64,000 bases of DNA from the human T2T-CHM13v2.0 reference genome, Homo sapiens. The notes beneath the pieces were generated by a model. It made no database searches. It saw only the letters and a program-made list of their open reading frames with translations, and was not told the DNA's origin. Shown here in pieces: positions 12,829 through 25,977 of this stretch (its first letter is position 1; each line of letters begins with the position of its first letter). The stretch lies in the NCBI RefSeq assembly GCF_009914755.1, contig NC_060940.1; one strand, 5' to 3'. Both the position numbers and the translations under genes were made by a program.

Positions 12829-13097
12829 TTTTTTTTTTATTATTCTTGTTTTTCTGAAACATTCACTCTGTCACCCAGGCTGGAGTGCAGTGGTGAGATC
12901 TAGGCTCACTGCAACCTTCACCTCCGGGGTTCAAGCAATTCTCCTGCCTCAGCCTCCTGAGTAGCTGGGATTACACATATCTGCCACCATGCCCAGCTAG
13001 TTTACATATTTTTGGTAGAGACGGGGTTTTACCACATTGGCCAGGCTACTCTCAAACTCCTGATATCAAGTGATCCACCCACCTCAGTCTCCCAAAG
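12829..13097 (-). mobile_element. Alu (AluS/J), 5'-truncated by about 30 bp
   Basis: polyT tail and two-arm Alu sequence ending at ctcccaaag. Confidence 0.95.
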
Positions 13098-13224
13098 ACA
13101 GTCCCTCTTAACATCCCACAATGCTTCTTGGAAATGGGTTGGAACAAATAAATTCGTTAATGAACATAGGGTGAGTTGCACTGCCCCAGTCATTGATACC
13201 TTAGTTATTGGCTTTTTAAGCATC

Positions 13225-13700
13225 AGGAGGCTTTAATGTACCTATCACTGAAAACCCAAATCAAACTGATAATAAAATAAATGTATTGGTTCACTTGGAG
13301 AAAAAGCACCATAGTATTACATTTCAGCCATAGTTTTATCAGGGATCTGCCTCCATTTCTCCACACCTGTCTCACCTTTGCCCTTCCTTATGTGTTAACT
13401 ACAACATCTATTTCCCTTGTGGTTGCAAGTGTCCATCAGCAGGAGCTGGAGCTAGATGCTCCACCATAGAGTGAGACACCTTTACTTCCCACAAGCATCT
13501 AACAAAGCTCTGAGCTTCATTCTGACCTCACCATTTTAGAGGACAGGTCCATTCATGAACCAATCACAGTGCAAGAGGGTGATGTGCCTCTGGCTGGTGT
13601 AGACCATCCAGGGTCCACTTCAAGATCTTAGAGAAGATCAGTCTCACCCAAATCACAGCACTCACTGTGGAGGAAGGAGTTGCCATGGATTAGCAACTTC
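13225..13700 (-). mobile_element. Old MLT1 (J/K-like) LTR remnant
   Basis: ctgaaaacccaaatcaaactg...atgtattggttcac; ccattcatgaaccaatcacagtg. Confidence 0.5.
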
Positions 13701-14537
13701 AGCATGTGTTACTTCTGTTGGTCAGGTGAGAGGCAAGGGAAGCCTCCTTTCTCCTCCTTTTGTTTTTCCTCTCCTACAGATGCATATCTTGTTTACCTGG
13801 AGTTGGGTTTAACTTCCTGGAGCTGTGGAGCAACAGAAACTTTCACTCTCATGCTCCTCAATGGCCATGGAAACATATCCTCCCTTGTCTCCAGGACTCA
13901 AAAATGAACTGGTTAGTGTGGGAAAGTATTCTGCTTCAAAAGGAGTGGCCTAGAGTAGACTTTCTCAAAGTGTAACCCTTAACCCTTGGGCATTAGAAAT
14001 GTCTGGGATTCTTGAATAAAAGGAAGGACTGAAAAACTGAACTCTATGTCTCACATGTCAGGGCTCAGTAAGCCATATTTCCAACACAATTCCCAAGTGA
14101 TTTCACCTACTACACTTTTGAGAACTTGGAGTTTTGAATATAAGAAATATATTGTATTGATAAAGGGAACTTTGACATTCACCACTGCCACCATCACCAC
14201 GATGTTCAAAAAAATGGCTTCTTACCTATTACCAACCAATCCTTACCATATCCATGAGGGACTGAGCAGGAATTGTGACATCCATTTTCAGAAAAAGAAG
14301 CAGAAGACCAGAAAAGAAGCAAAATATAGGTAGGTTAGCAGGGTAAATGACCTTTCAATAGTAACCATTGTGTCATTAATATTGCTTAAAGTCACATGGT
14401 AAACAGGAAGTTTACACTTCTGGCCAAGATAGATAAAGTAACAGATTTACCCTCGTGCTTGAACAATCAAAATAAACAGACAAAATATATGAAACAATGG
14501 TTTTCAAGACATTGGACATAATAAAATAAAGACAGTT

Positions 14538-14819
14538 GGCTGGGCACCATAGCTCATGCCTGTAATCCCAGCACTTTGGGAGGCCGAGGTAGACAGATCG
14601 TTTGAGGCCAGGAGCTCCAGACCAGCCTGGCCAACAAGGTGAAACCCTGTCTCTACTAAAAATACAAAAATTAGCCAGGCGTGGTGGCTCACACCTGCAG
14701 TCCCAGATACTCAGGAGGCTGAGGCATGAAAATCACGTGAATCCAGGAGGTAAAGGTTGCAGTGAGCCAAGATCACACCACTACACTCCAGCCTGGGCGA
14801 CAGGGTGAGACTCTGTCTC

Positions 14820-14850
<31 letters not shown>

Positions 14851-14856
14851 TAAAAA
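14538..14856 (+). mobile_element. AluS inserted in L1M
   Basis: Full dimer and A/(GAAAA)n tail; aaagacag repeated on both flanks. Confidence 0.95.
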
Positions 14857-17800
14857 GACAGACAGTGATCCCTGAGAAAGAAAACACCAAACCAAACGGG
14901 CCTACAATTGCCCCAGCTTACTGCCTTGAGAGGTTTCCAGGCCATGGCATGGAGAAACAAAACTCAGGGAGAGCCCAGCAGACTCCTTGAGTTTAAGAAA
15001 GGGAGTTGAGGGTCTCGGGACTCAAGAAGGCTAGAGTTCACAGGACTAGTAACAGAAGAGAGAAGTGAACACAGCAAAGCCTGGAGCTCTTCTGAGAGTC
15101 CCCTCTGAATATTCAGCATAGTAGTGATTTGTGCATGCAAGTGAGGAAACTACGCAAGGCTGGGGAAAGAACAATTCAATTAGAGGATTAGAGGGAAGAA
15201 TGCTGAGTGCTTGCACAGGGCTGGGCACCGTGCCTGTTCCCACAGCCCAGAGAGGAAAAACTCATAATTCGTGAAACATTGGGTAGAATACTCAGGAATC
15301 AGGAATGGTATTGACTCAGGAATTGGGAATAATTAGCCTTAAACTAAGTACTGCTCCTGACCCACCTAACAAATGGTATAGAAATAAAAGCTGGCTTCAA
15401 AAGGAACAAACTGTTTCTAAGTAACTCAACTGTATCTCAGAACAAAAGTCAAGAGTATTAACAGGAATACAAAAATATCCAGCACTCAGAGATTACCAGG
15501 CAGGCAAATTAAAAACACACTGTGATATTTTTACATACCTACTAGAATGGCTAAAATGAAAAAGCTTTAACACTTAGCTAAAAAGCTAAGTGTTGGTGAT
15601 GATGTGGAGGAACTGGAACTCTCATGTCCTGCTTATAGAAATGTAACCACTTTGAAAAACAATTTGGCAGTTTCTTAAAAAGATGAACTTGTGCCTACCA
15701 TATGACCCAGTCGTTTTACTTCCAGGAATTTACCCAAAAAGAAATGAAAGTATATGCCCATACTAAGATTTGTCCACAAATATTCATATGAGCTTTATTT
15801 GTAATAGTCGAAAGCTAGAAACAATCCAATGTCAATCAACTGTTGAATCAATAAACAAATTGTAGTATATCTACATGAATTAGTATTATTCCTCAATAGA
15901 AAGGAATAAACTGTGGGTGCATGTTACAACAGTTGTCACTCTCATAATAATTATAGAACGAAAATATATCACACCAAAAAGATTACGTGTGGTATGGCTC
16001 CATTTACATCAAATTATTGGAAATAAAAACTAATATATAGTAACAGAAATTAAATCAGTGGATGTCTGGGGAGGAGGGTGACAAGGGAGAGACTACAAAG
16101 AGTCATGGAGAAACTTTTGGTGGTGACTAATTTGTTCATTATATTGATTGCGGTAGTGGCTTTGGGAATGCATACATGAATCAGCATTTATCATATTATG
16201 ATATAATAAATTCATAAATGCATAAACTGCACAATTTATATATGTGCAGTTTATTATATGTCAATTATGCCTTAGTAAAACTGATCTAAAAAGTTACATA
16301 TGAAAAAACTCAATATTATAAATCTGTCAATTATCTCCAACTTGATCTATAGATTCGACACAATCTCAATATAAATTCCAGCATGCTCTTCTGTAGATAT
16401 GAACAAATTGATTTTAAAGTTTATATTAAAAAAGCAAAAGCCTCAAAATAGCCAAGACAATGCTGAAAATTAAAAAAAAAAAACAAAGTTGGAAGAATGA
16501 CGTTACCCAACTTCAGGACTTACGATAAACCTACGGTAATCCAGACAGTATAGTATTGGAAAAAGAATAGACATATAAAGGAATGGAACAGAATAGAAAT
16601 CCCAGAAATAAACCCCCACTGATACAGTCAACTGATCTTTGACAAAAGAGCAAAAGTAATTCAATGGAAAAAAGATAGAAGATAGTCTTTTTAACAAATG
16701 ATACTTGGAACCATACAAAAAAAAAAGACAAAAGGAAGAGAAAGAAAGGAAGGAACAAAGGGAAGAAGGAAAGAAGAAATAATTTAAGCACAGAACTTAC
16801 ACCTTTTACAAAAATTAACTCAAAATGGATCATAGACTTAAATGAAAAAGTCAAAACTATAAAACTTCTATCATTTCTGAATTTTCTTGTGGAAAAAATC
16901 ATTATAACACTTCAAGAAGGTAACACAAGAGAAAATCTAGGTGACTTTAGTTTTGGCAATTCATTTTCTGATATAGCACTAAATGCACAATCAATAAGAA
17001 GACAAATTGATAAGCTGGACTTTATTAAAGTTAAGAATCTCTGCTTTGCAAAAGATAGTGTTATCAAAATAAAAAAAACAAACCACAGATTAAGAGAAAA
17101 ACTTTGCGAAACATGTACCTAATCCAAAATATACAGACAACTTTTAAACTTTTAAACAAGAAAAGAAATAAACAGCACAATCTAAAAATGGGTAAAAGAT
17201 CTGAACAGACACCTCTCCAAAGAAGATATACTTATGGCAAATAAGCATATGAAAACTTGTTCAACATCATTTATCTTTAGGGAGATGCAATTTAAATGAA
17301 CAGTGATATTACTATGGAACATGTATTAGAATTAAGATGTTAAAATTCAAAACACTGAATACACCAAATTCTGGGAAGGTTGTGGAGCAACAGAAACACT
17401 TCTCCTTCATTTCTATGAGAATGCAGAAAGAACAGCTACTTTGGAAGACAGTTTGGCAGTTTTCTCACAAAGCTAAGCACAGTCTTGCCATATGGTCCAG
17501 CAATTGTGCTTCTAATATTTATCCAATTGAATTAGAAACTTTTGTCCACACAAAAATATGCACATAAATGTTTATAGACGCTCTACTCAAGACCATCAAA
17601 AACTGCAAGAAACTAAGATGTACTTCAATGGGCAAATAAATCAACTGTGGAGCATCCATGTTATGGAATATTATTCAGTTATAAAAAGAAATGAGCTATC
17701 AAGACACACACAGACATGGAAGAATGTAAATGCATATTGTTTAGTGAAAGAAGCCACTTTGAAGAGATTACATACCATTTGATTCCAATTATAGTACATT

Positions 17801-19484
17801 TTGAAAAAGGAAAAATTATAGAGAAAGTAAAAACGTCAATGATTGCCAGGAGTTTGAGAGGGAAGACAGAGGGATAAACAGGTGAAGCACAATCAGAGTG
17901 GTGAAACTATTCTGTGTGATACTGTGAGGGAGGATACCTGACATTATGCCTTTGTCAAAACCCATAGAACTTTACAGTGCAAAGGGTGAACCTTCATGTA
18001 TACATATTTGAAAAAAAATTTAGGAGGTCAGGGGATCCCAGGAAAAAATGCAATCTGTGATAAGAGACTCTAACTGTAGTACAAATGTCTGAAATAACAT
18101 CACTAGAGGGGACAAGGGTAAAGGTACTGATTGGAACATTGGAAATGAATAGGATCTGTAAGATTAAAGGCAGGAGGAACTGCACATAAGCACTGTACTC
18201 CCATTGATAAAGTTGTTTCCCATGGGGGACTAGATTAATAATTTTGATAATGCTATATGTGTAAACTAGAATGTTGTAATAGGGATTTATATAAGTATGG
18301 GCAGGAGACCAGAATGATCTATATGTTTAAAAATCCGAGTCAAAGACCTCAGTAAGAACTGATATTTATCTCAAAATAGAGATGATAACATATAGAAATA
18401 CTTATAGATATGCATACATATATACACGGGTATTATACACACATATACAGTATTTCTTTGCTCTATTAGCTAAGAGGGTCTAGATTCAAAGATGGCTCAA
18501 TAGCAACAAACATACTTATTGGCCAGATCTTGGTTCCTAATATTATTCTCCAATAAAAATAACCAGAGTTTCTTGAAACAATGTCTGATTGCAGGACTGG
18601 GGTGAGAAATAAACAAGATGAGCTAGGAACATCTTATAGTGCTAGAAAACCAGGAAGTCTTTAAGAACAATAATGCCATATCAATGAGGGTATGTCAAAG
18701 GCATATAGGAGCCAAAAGAGACGGCCCAGTAGTCAAAGCTGAAACAATTTGAGCAACAAAATAAACAAGGTAATATTAGGTTATAACCCAAAATATGAAA
18801 TAAATATTGATGAGTGCATACTGATATAAATAAGTAATTGTATAAACTAATAAAAGTGGAAGAAGAGGCAAGTCTCCCATGTGACAGAATTCTAAACAAA
18901 TTACTTAAATACTCCACCCTTAAGGACGGACTACATAACTGCCCATGCATTAAGTGTGTGCTACACACAGTGACATCCTTCTACAGAGTATGGAAAGGGG
19001 AAAGTAACTTAACAGTGGAGAAATGTGGCTAACACTGCCTACGCCAGGTGACCAAGGTCAACATCAACAGTGATAAAACACCTTGATGTATGATGTATCC
19101 TTGATATGATCTGATTAAAATGGTACGTTTCCTCTGTAATCCTCTTTCTAAAAAGCCATAGCCTCATCCAATCGTGAGAAAAACATCAGACAAATTCCAA
19201 TAGAGAGACGTTGTACGATATATCTGACCAGTGTATCTTAAAGCTGTTGAGGTCATCAAAAACAAGGAAAGTCTGAGAAACTGTCACAGCCAAGAGGAAT
19301 CTAAGGAGACATGATGACTAAATGTAACATGGCGTCTTGGGTAGGATCCTGGAACAGAAAAAGGAGATTAAGTAAAAACTAAAGAAATCAGAATAAACTA
19401 TGGATGTTAGTTGATAATGTATTAATATTTGTTCATTAATTGTAACAAATATATCACACTAATATAAAATGGTAATAAAAGAAC

Positions 19485-19548
19485 TGTGTGTGTATGTGTG
19501 TGTGTGCATGTGTGTGTGTGCATGTGTGTGCATGTCTGTGTGTGCATG
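19485..19548. repeat. (TG)n/TGCATG compound microsatellite
   Basis: Read directly; unbroken purine-pyrimidine alternation 19485-19535. Confidence 0.9.
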
Positions 19549-19621
19549 GTAATAGAAAAACACTCTGGACTATCTTCTCAATTTTTCTGTAAATCTGAAA
19601 CTGTTTTAAAGGGTAAAATCT

Positions 19622-19919
<298 letters not shown>

Positions 19920-20559
19920 GGTAAAATCTACCAATTAAAAAACAAAGTCACATGATTTGTGAGGTCCAGAGATGAGACCCAGGCCCCAGGTGTCTAGACT
20001 CTAAGACCAGGCTCCTTCTATTACGTAAAATTTGCCTTGCCTTTTGCAATTAGTGACTAACATGAAATATTTCAGTTGCGGCCAGTACTACCTGGGGATG
20101 AGTTGGAGAGCCTACCACCTAAGTCTCTCGAAGCTGGGCCAGTTCTGTGTGTCCTGCCTGTGTCTCCGAATGGTTAACACCGCTCATATGCAGGAGGGGG
20201 AAGGGGCAGGTTTACCTCCTACAGAGTTTATGGAAGCCCAGGATCTCATACCATATACAACTTAAGCCTCATGTTTATGTCTGGGAATATATTAAATGCC
20301 ATCTGCCTAACCATTTGCCATGTTATAAATTAAGGCGACATCAACAGTGCTGTAACACTAAGGAGCACTCTGCTGTCTTCCAGTTTGATATTAAATGGGT
20401 TTTGTTACCAAACTCTTCTGACAAACATGAAAAGAACAGTTGCAAGCCTTCTGGAGGAGCAGATGGTCCCGGAGGCTTCCCAGCACAGGCTCTCTGTGAA
20501 AGTTCCAGGGTTTACATTTTCTCTGCTGCAAAGAGTTGGCTGTGTTGTGGTTGCTATAG

Positions 20560-20720
20560 AGGAGAGCAAACACTGCTGTGGAGGAAGTTGAACCCTGGTC
20601 CTGTCGCTTTCTTGCTGTGTGAACTTGTGTAGGTTATTCAACATTTTAGAATCTCAGTTTTCTTTCCTGTAAAATGGGGATAACAATGCCAACTTTAGAG
20701 CATCGTTATGAGACTAAAAT
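20560..20720 (+). mobile_element. MIR
   Basis: ctcagttttctttcctgtaaaatggggataacaat. Confidence 0.8.
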
Positions 20721-21381
20721 GAGAAAACTCAGTCTTTCTCTACTTATACTTGATACACAGTGGCAAATATATTTTACACTGTGACCTAGTGTGCACACAT
20801 GTGCACATACACACACCCCCACACATGTAATTAAAACAGAGTTTTCATCAAACCAAACTAGTCCTTCTGAGGGATTAGACACTTTGATATTTTCCACTGT
20901 AACAAAATTTATTCTAGTCTATTCTGTTGTGTTCTCTTCTATTTCACAGGCAACCCAGTAAATTAATTTAGACCTACTGAAGGCTTACAATCTCCAGATT
21001 AAAAAACACTAAAGTAGTACGCTTAAACATGTAAAAAAGTGCTTGGAACATGAAATATATAAAATAAATGTTAGCTGTTAATATTATTATTATCGATAAT
21101 ATTATTAACTGTGTCAAGGTGATGTGAAAAGTTGGAATACAAAACAGCGTCAACTTTTCTCCCACTCTTTCCAGAAACCTAGTCAATGGGCTCATCCTGT
21201 CCTAATCCTGAATTGCATCTGCTGCCCCAAACGGTAGCATTCCAGTAATTCAAATGTCCAGGGCAATGTGCTTATTGAGCCCAAATACTTGAACTCAAGC
21301 AGGAGCTTCTGTCTCTCTTGGCTCTTTTCTGCCTCTAGCAAGGTCAGATTCTTTCTCTTTCTCATCTTTCTGCTATTTCAG

Positions 21382-21571
21382 AGTCCCGAGCAGGACCATC
21401 CCCCATGTGCCCACAGCAGTAACCTGCTCATTAACATGTGATGTATTCCTTCCCTTCCCTGGCTCACTTCCTATTCCCCTTCCTATTCACCAGTGCTTCC
21501 TGGGATCACCTCCAAAATAAACTCACATTCCAATCTCAGCATCAGCTTCTGGGAGAACCCAACCTAGGACA
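21382..21571 (+). mobile_element. LTR16-like ERVL LTR 3' portion
   Basis: ccagtgcttcctgggatcacctccaaaataaact...cttctgggagaacccaacctaggaca. Confidence 0.7.
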
Positions 21572-21640
21572 GTTCTGTGTGTGCTCTCCAGCCTTACTCT
21601 ACCTACCAAGTCAGCCTCACATCAGACACAGGGGTATTAA

Positions 21641-22101
21641 TGGTACAGGGCAGGCGAGTCTCCACATTGGGGCTTAGCCTGGGAAGGTTCTTGGCTTTGC
21701 TCACGAAATAATTCAGGAGCAAGCTGGTAGTAGAAGAAAACAGCTTTATTGAGGCAGCAGTGTTATAGCTCTGTGACTGCTCCTGCAGAGCAGGGCTACC
21801 CTATAGGCAGTGTGTAAAGAGTAGCAGCTCAGGGAAGTTCTGCGGTCATACTTCTACCTGCTGTTAATTACATGAAAATTAAGGCATGGGTTATTTAGAA
21901 ATTTCTAGATGAAGTGTGGTAACTTCTGGGTTGTTGCCAAGTGAAGGGAGGGAGGAGGGTAGCTTCCTGGTGTTCCCATGGCAGTGGTAAACTCTCATGG
22001 CACTGGTGGGCATGTTTTATAGGGAGGTGCTTTTGGTGACTCTTCCCTGTGTCAGCCAGTTCTTCAATCTGGTCCAGAGTAAAGTCCCACCTCCTACTTC
22101 A
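21641..22101 (-). mobile_element. MER66-family ERV1 solo LTR
   Basis: Reverse complement begins TGAAGTAGGAGGTGGGACTTTACTCTGGACCAGATTGAAGA; polyA signal (tttatt) near 21745; near-TSD ttaa/tcaa. Confidence 0.8.
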
Positions 22102-25039
22102 TCAAGACCTATAGATTTATCAATGTCATTTCCACTCATGCAAGTTCCCAAGTCAGATGGAAACAGATAAAGATGGTCTACCAATCCTCAGATGAATGGG
22201 GACCACCTATTGAGCACCTAGGAGCTTTTCTTCTTTGTCTACATCCTCTACTTGTAGATGAGTCTTCTATCTCACATGGGTCTGTGTGCCTACGGACTTC
22301 TTCAAATAGCACATGACATCTATCTGCCCATCTTTTCAGTTTGTTTTTCAACCAAGTAAACAAAGTGCTCTGATCTTAAACATGGAATAGATTTATTTGC
22401 CTAGCTTTCTTAAAACATACCTAATATCCTCCAGGTCTAGAAGGGCCACCCCGCTGTATAACTCACAAAAGCACCCACAAAACTACATTTTCTTCAGACA
22501 GAACATATCTTTTATTAGGCTTATGTCTGTGATAATGATGCAGGTGAATTTTATCATTCCTTTCACCCTACTAGTAATGAACAAATTCACTGTGTATTAC
22601 TTTGGACTTGATCTCTGGCAAAACACTACTGGAACAAACAATTTGATTTGTCAACACCTTTACAAGGGCTCCTCAATCAATGTCACAAATCCAAATTTAA
22701 ACAGCAAAGTACATTTGACTGCAAGACCCTGGACTGATTAGAGCTCCGAGTTCAGAGAATTGCTCCAGACAGGGCAGCAATCAGATTATTAACTCCACTT
22801 GAAAATACTCTCTGCTGCCTGGTATTAGCATGCATATTTTGATATAGATCGATAAGCAATCTCCTTTCTATAAGAAATGCCTGCAACATTCATTTGGCTG
22901 ATCAAAGGTAGATATCAGCTGGCTGTGACAGCTAGCTATTGTTTCCCCGCTTTCTTTACAGAAGAACCTCTATTAAAAAAAATTCTGTGCCTCTTTTTCA
23001 GCTAATAGTGGAAGCCAAGAAAGCCACAAAATCCCATCTCTTCTCAACACTGAAATACAATTAGTGCTGAAGGGACTTGAGTCTTTTCTGAGCTAACTTA
23101 ACCCATTTTCACTGTGTACACTGTCCAGAAATGCCAAGTTTTTCTCCCTCCTTCCCCCACTCTTCTCCACTCTGATTTATTTTCCACTGGAGTGGTGGTC
23201 CCAGCCTGGAAGTGTTAGAAGGATGACACCCACCCTTTCCCAACTGGTTGTTTCCTTGGTGACATCAAAGCTCATATACTAAGTCCCCTGTATTGTTTGA
23301 AACTAGTTAGCTCAGATTCAGATTCTGGGTGGGGGCAAAGCATTGACTTACTGCTTTGAGTCTGTTATTCAATCCCCTCACCCCTCTCTCACCTGGATTC
23401 TGTTTTAAAATACCCATTTCCTTTTTGAAAACCATTTCTTATTTATATTCTTTGCCTATTTTGTCCATCTCAAGCTCTTCTCCCCTCACCTAAACCTTAT
23501 CCAATCAACCAACTCAGAAATGAAAACCTAACTTATGCACCAACCGATTCCTCTCTTCTGTCCAAAGACCCTAAAAAATAATAAAGCAAGATGTGTTTTT
23601 ACTCTAAAGATAGATTACTAAGAGACAAATTCTAACTACAGTTTACACAGCATGATTCAGCGGTTCATTTTAAAACAAATACATGCTGTGTTTTATGTGT
23701 GTATATATATTAACCATATAAATACATATTCATTATATGCGCATATACACATATACATGCATGCACAAACACACACAGAAAGCATTATAGTCCTATAGTT
23801 AGTGGTCTTAGAAAGGTAGATTAATAGGAGACTTTTAAATTATGTTTAGCTCTTTCTGTTTTATTTGACTTTGGAAAATCTTTCTTTGTATTATGTTGTA
23901 ATTCAGGAAAACAATTACTTTAAAAACGAGAATTGGAACTGTCTCCCACATACTCTAGCTGCATTTATGCTCTGATTTGTTCTCAAACTACTTTCCATGA
24001 CATGTCAGTGTGTTTGTCTTAGCTCATAGGGTCCATGAAAGCCAAGATGGCACATTTTGATGGCTTGGTCTCGGTGTGTACATTACCAGCTCGTGTCAAG
24101 AATGTGGCAGTTGTTCAGTGCCTGCTGGGTGGGTGGTGATGTGCTTTTCAGGATGATTTGATTTGTTTTAAAACCTCACTGATCTGAATTGATAGTGGGG
24201 GAGTACAGTCTGAACTAGTGAAAATCTGCATTTTAGTATTGTTTAAAATAAACGCACTTGGAACTGAGTCACTTAAGGTATACCTGAAACCACACAAACA
24301 GAGAATATCCAGATAGTGGCTGTTGAATACTGTTACCATTAAAAGGTAAAAATATATAATAACTTCTAATTTCACAATCCTTCAAGTTTTGAAGTGTTTG
24401 AAAGAGTATTTTCTTGAAATAATTTGTTTTCTTTCTAGAGAGGGATTTGCTAAGCCTAGCTCTTATTCAAGTAACTCCAACTGTTTTATATGTGGAATTT
24501 TGAAGCATCCTTTGAGTTACTTATAACAGTCACAGGTTTTTACGTTACCTCACTGAATCTTCACAACAACATGATGAGCTAAGTTTATATATTTCCATTG
24601 TATAGATGAGGAAACTAAGTTTCAAATAATTGGATGAATTGCCCAGGAATTTCAATTTGAATCTGACCATGAAGCTGGAGGGGAGAGACTTATACTTAAA
24701 TGGCATTGAAATCACCTCATGGTGGAATGATGTAACTGATTTTAAAAGCTAGAGTCAAAAACTGTGGATCATAAAAGTGGTATTTGTGAAACTAATCTTT
24801 CTAGAAAGACAATGGAACTGATTTTAATGTTTGATGTGGATGGAATCTTGCTCATGGGTCTAACTCCTAACTAGAAGTTAGAATTAGAGATTTAGAATTC
24901 TGACAATTCCTTTACTGATGGACCCCAATTATGTCCATACAGAAAATTTAGCTCTAGTAAATAATTAGATGTGGCAAAAATGTATATAAATGTGACTCAC
25001 AGTTGGTGCATACTTCCATTTCCTCCTGATTGGACATGC

Positions 25040-25235
25040 ATTCTGACTCAACTAACTAGTTAGGTAACTTTGGTTACGCACATTACCCTCCCTGTGCCTT
25101 TTCTGGAAAATGGGGATGATAATAGTGTCCACCTGATGTGGTTGCCATGAGGTTTAAATGACACAGCATATATAAAGTGCTTAGAATAGCACCCAGAACA
25201 TAGAAAGTGCTCAAGAAATATTAGATATTACTAGT
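25040..25235 (+). mobile_element. MIR
   Basis: aaaatggggatgataatagt...aaagtgcttagaatagcacc. Confidence 0.85.
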
Positions 25236-25756
25236 AAAACAATGACAGTAAGCCTCCACAGGCCGTGGGTCACTCGTCTATATGTATAATCAGGGACTAG
25301 AAAATAAGCAGTTTCTTAAAATGAATTATTCTATTTTTCTAATCTATGAAGGCATTTAACTCTTTCCTCCTTTGCCATGAAGACTTAGGTCTTTAGTTAG
25401 AGAAATTATGACAATATTGGCTTCCAGTGTTTTTAAATTTCCAGAGTGATTTTATATACTTTACATTTTTCTATGTCTCACAAAACCTCCTCGTAGGAGG
25501 CAAACACAGGGTCATTTAAGAGATATTTATTAAGCATATATTGTGTGCCAGGTGTTCTGTTAGGTGCTGAAAAGTAAAAATGCTGATGTCCCTGCCCTCG
25601 GAGATCTCAGTCTCGTGCAAAATTATTAGTCTTATTTGAAATAAACATAAGTGGAAGTGAATTGCCCAGCGAGTATCAAAACCTGGGGCTTCTACATTAC
25701 GTTTTGTTGCATGAAGACAGTGGCCTTGTATCTACAATCTACAAAGGTCTTTGTGA

Positions 25757-25977
25757 AGATAGGAGGAAGGAAAAGAGAAAGGAAGGAAGAAGAGAAAGAG
25801 GAAAGAAGGGAAAGAGGGAGGAAGCAAGAGAGGAAAGAAGAAAGAAGGGAGGGAGGGAGGGAGGCAGAGAGGGGGAGAAGGAAGAAGGAAGAAAGGAAGC
25901 AAGGAGGGAAAGAAGGAAGAAAAGAAGGAAGGAAGGAAGGAAGCAAGGGAGGGAGGGAGGGAGGGAAGGAAGAAGAG
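25757..25977. repeat. GA-rich polypurine low-complexity tract (GGAA/GGGA)n
   Basis: Read directly; source of several spurious ORFs. Confidence 0.95.

Larger units (their letters stand above)
14406..19620 (+). mobile_element. L1M (MC/MD/ME) composite: 5' region about 14406-15500, a 3'-end piece about 15510-16290, then ORF2 3' end and long 3'UTR about 16300-19620
   Basis: ORF2 remnants (aactgatctttgacaaaagagc; IDKLDFIKVKNLCFAKD in ORF 16889..17122; MEYYSVIKRNEL) with many stops and frameshifts. Confidence 0.85.

Noticed and set aside
14504-14808. Alu-derived ORFs (also near 19606, 28285, 42682 and 56737)
   Set aside because: Standard Alu translation signatures, not genes
16889-17782. L1 ORF2-like peptides as a functional reverse transcriptase
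   Set aside because: Short, frameshifted, stop-riddled relics of old L1M; the same applies to 50880-52950
20147-20632. Longest ORF (161 aa)
   Set aside because: Non-ATG start, no recognisable domain, runs into a MIR; length expected by chance in 64 kb
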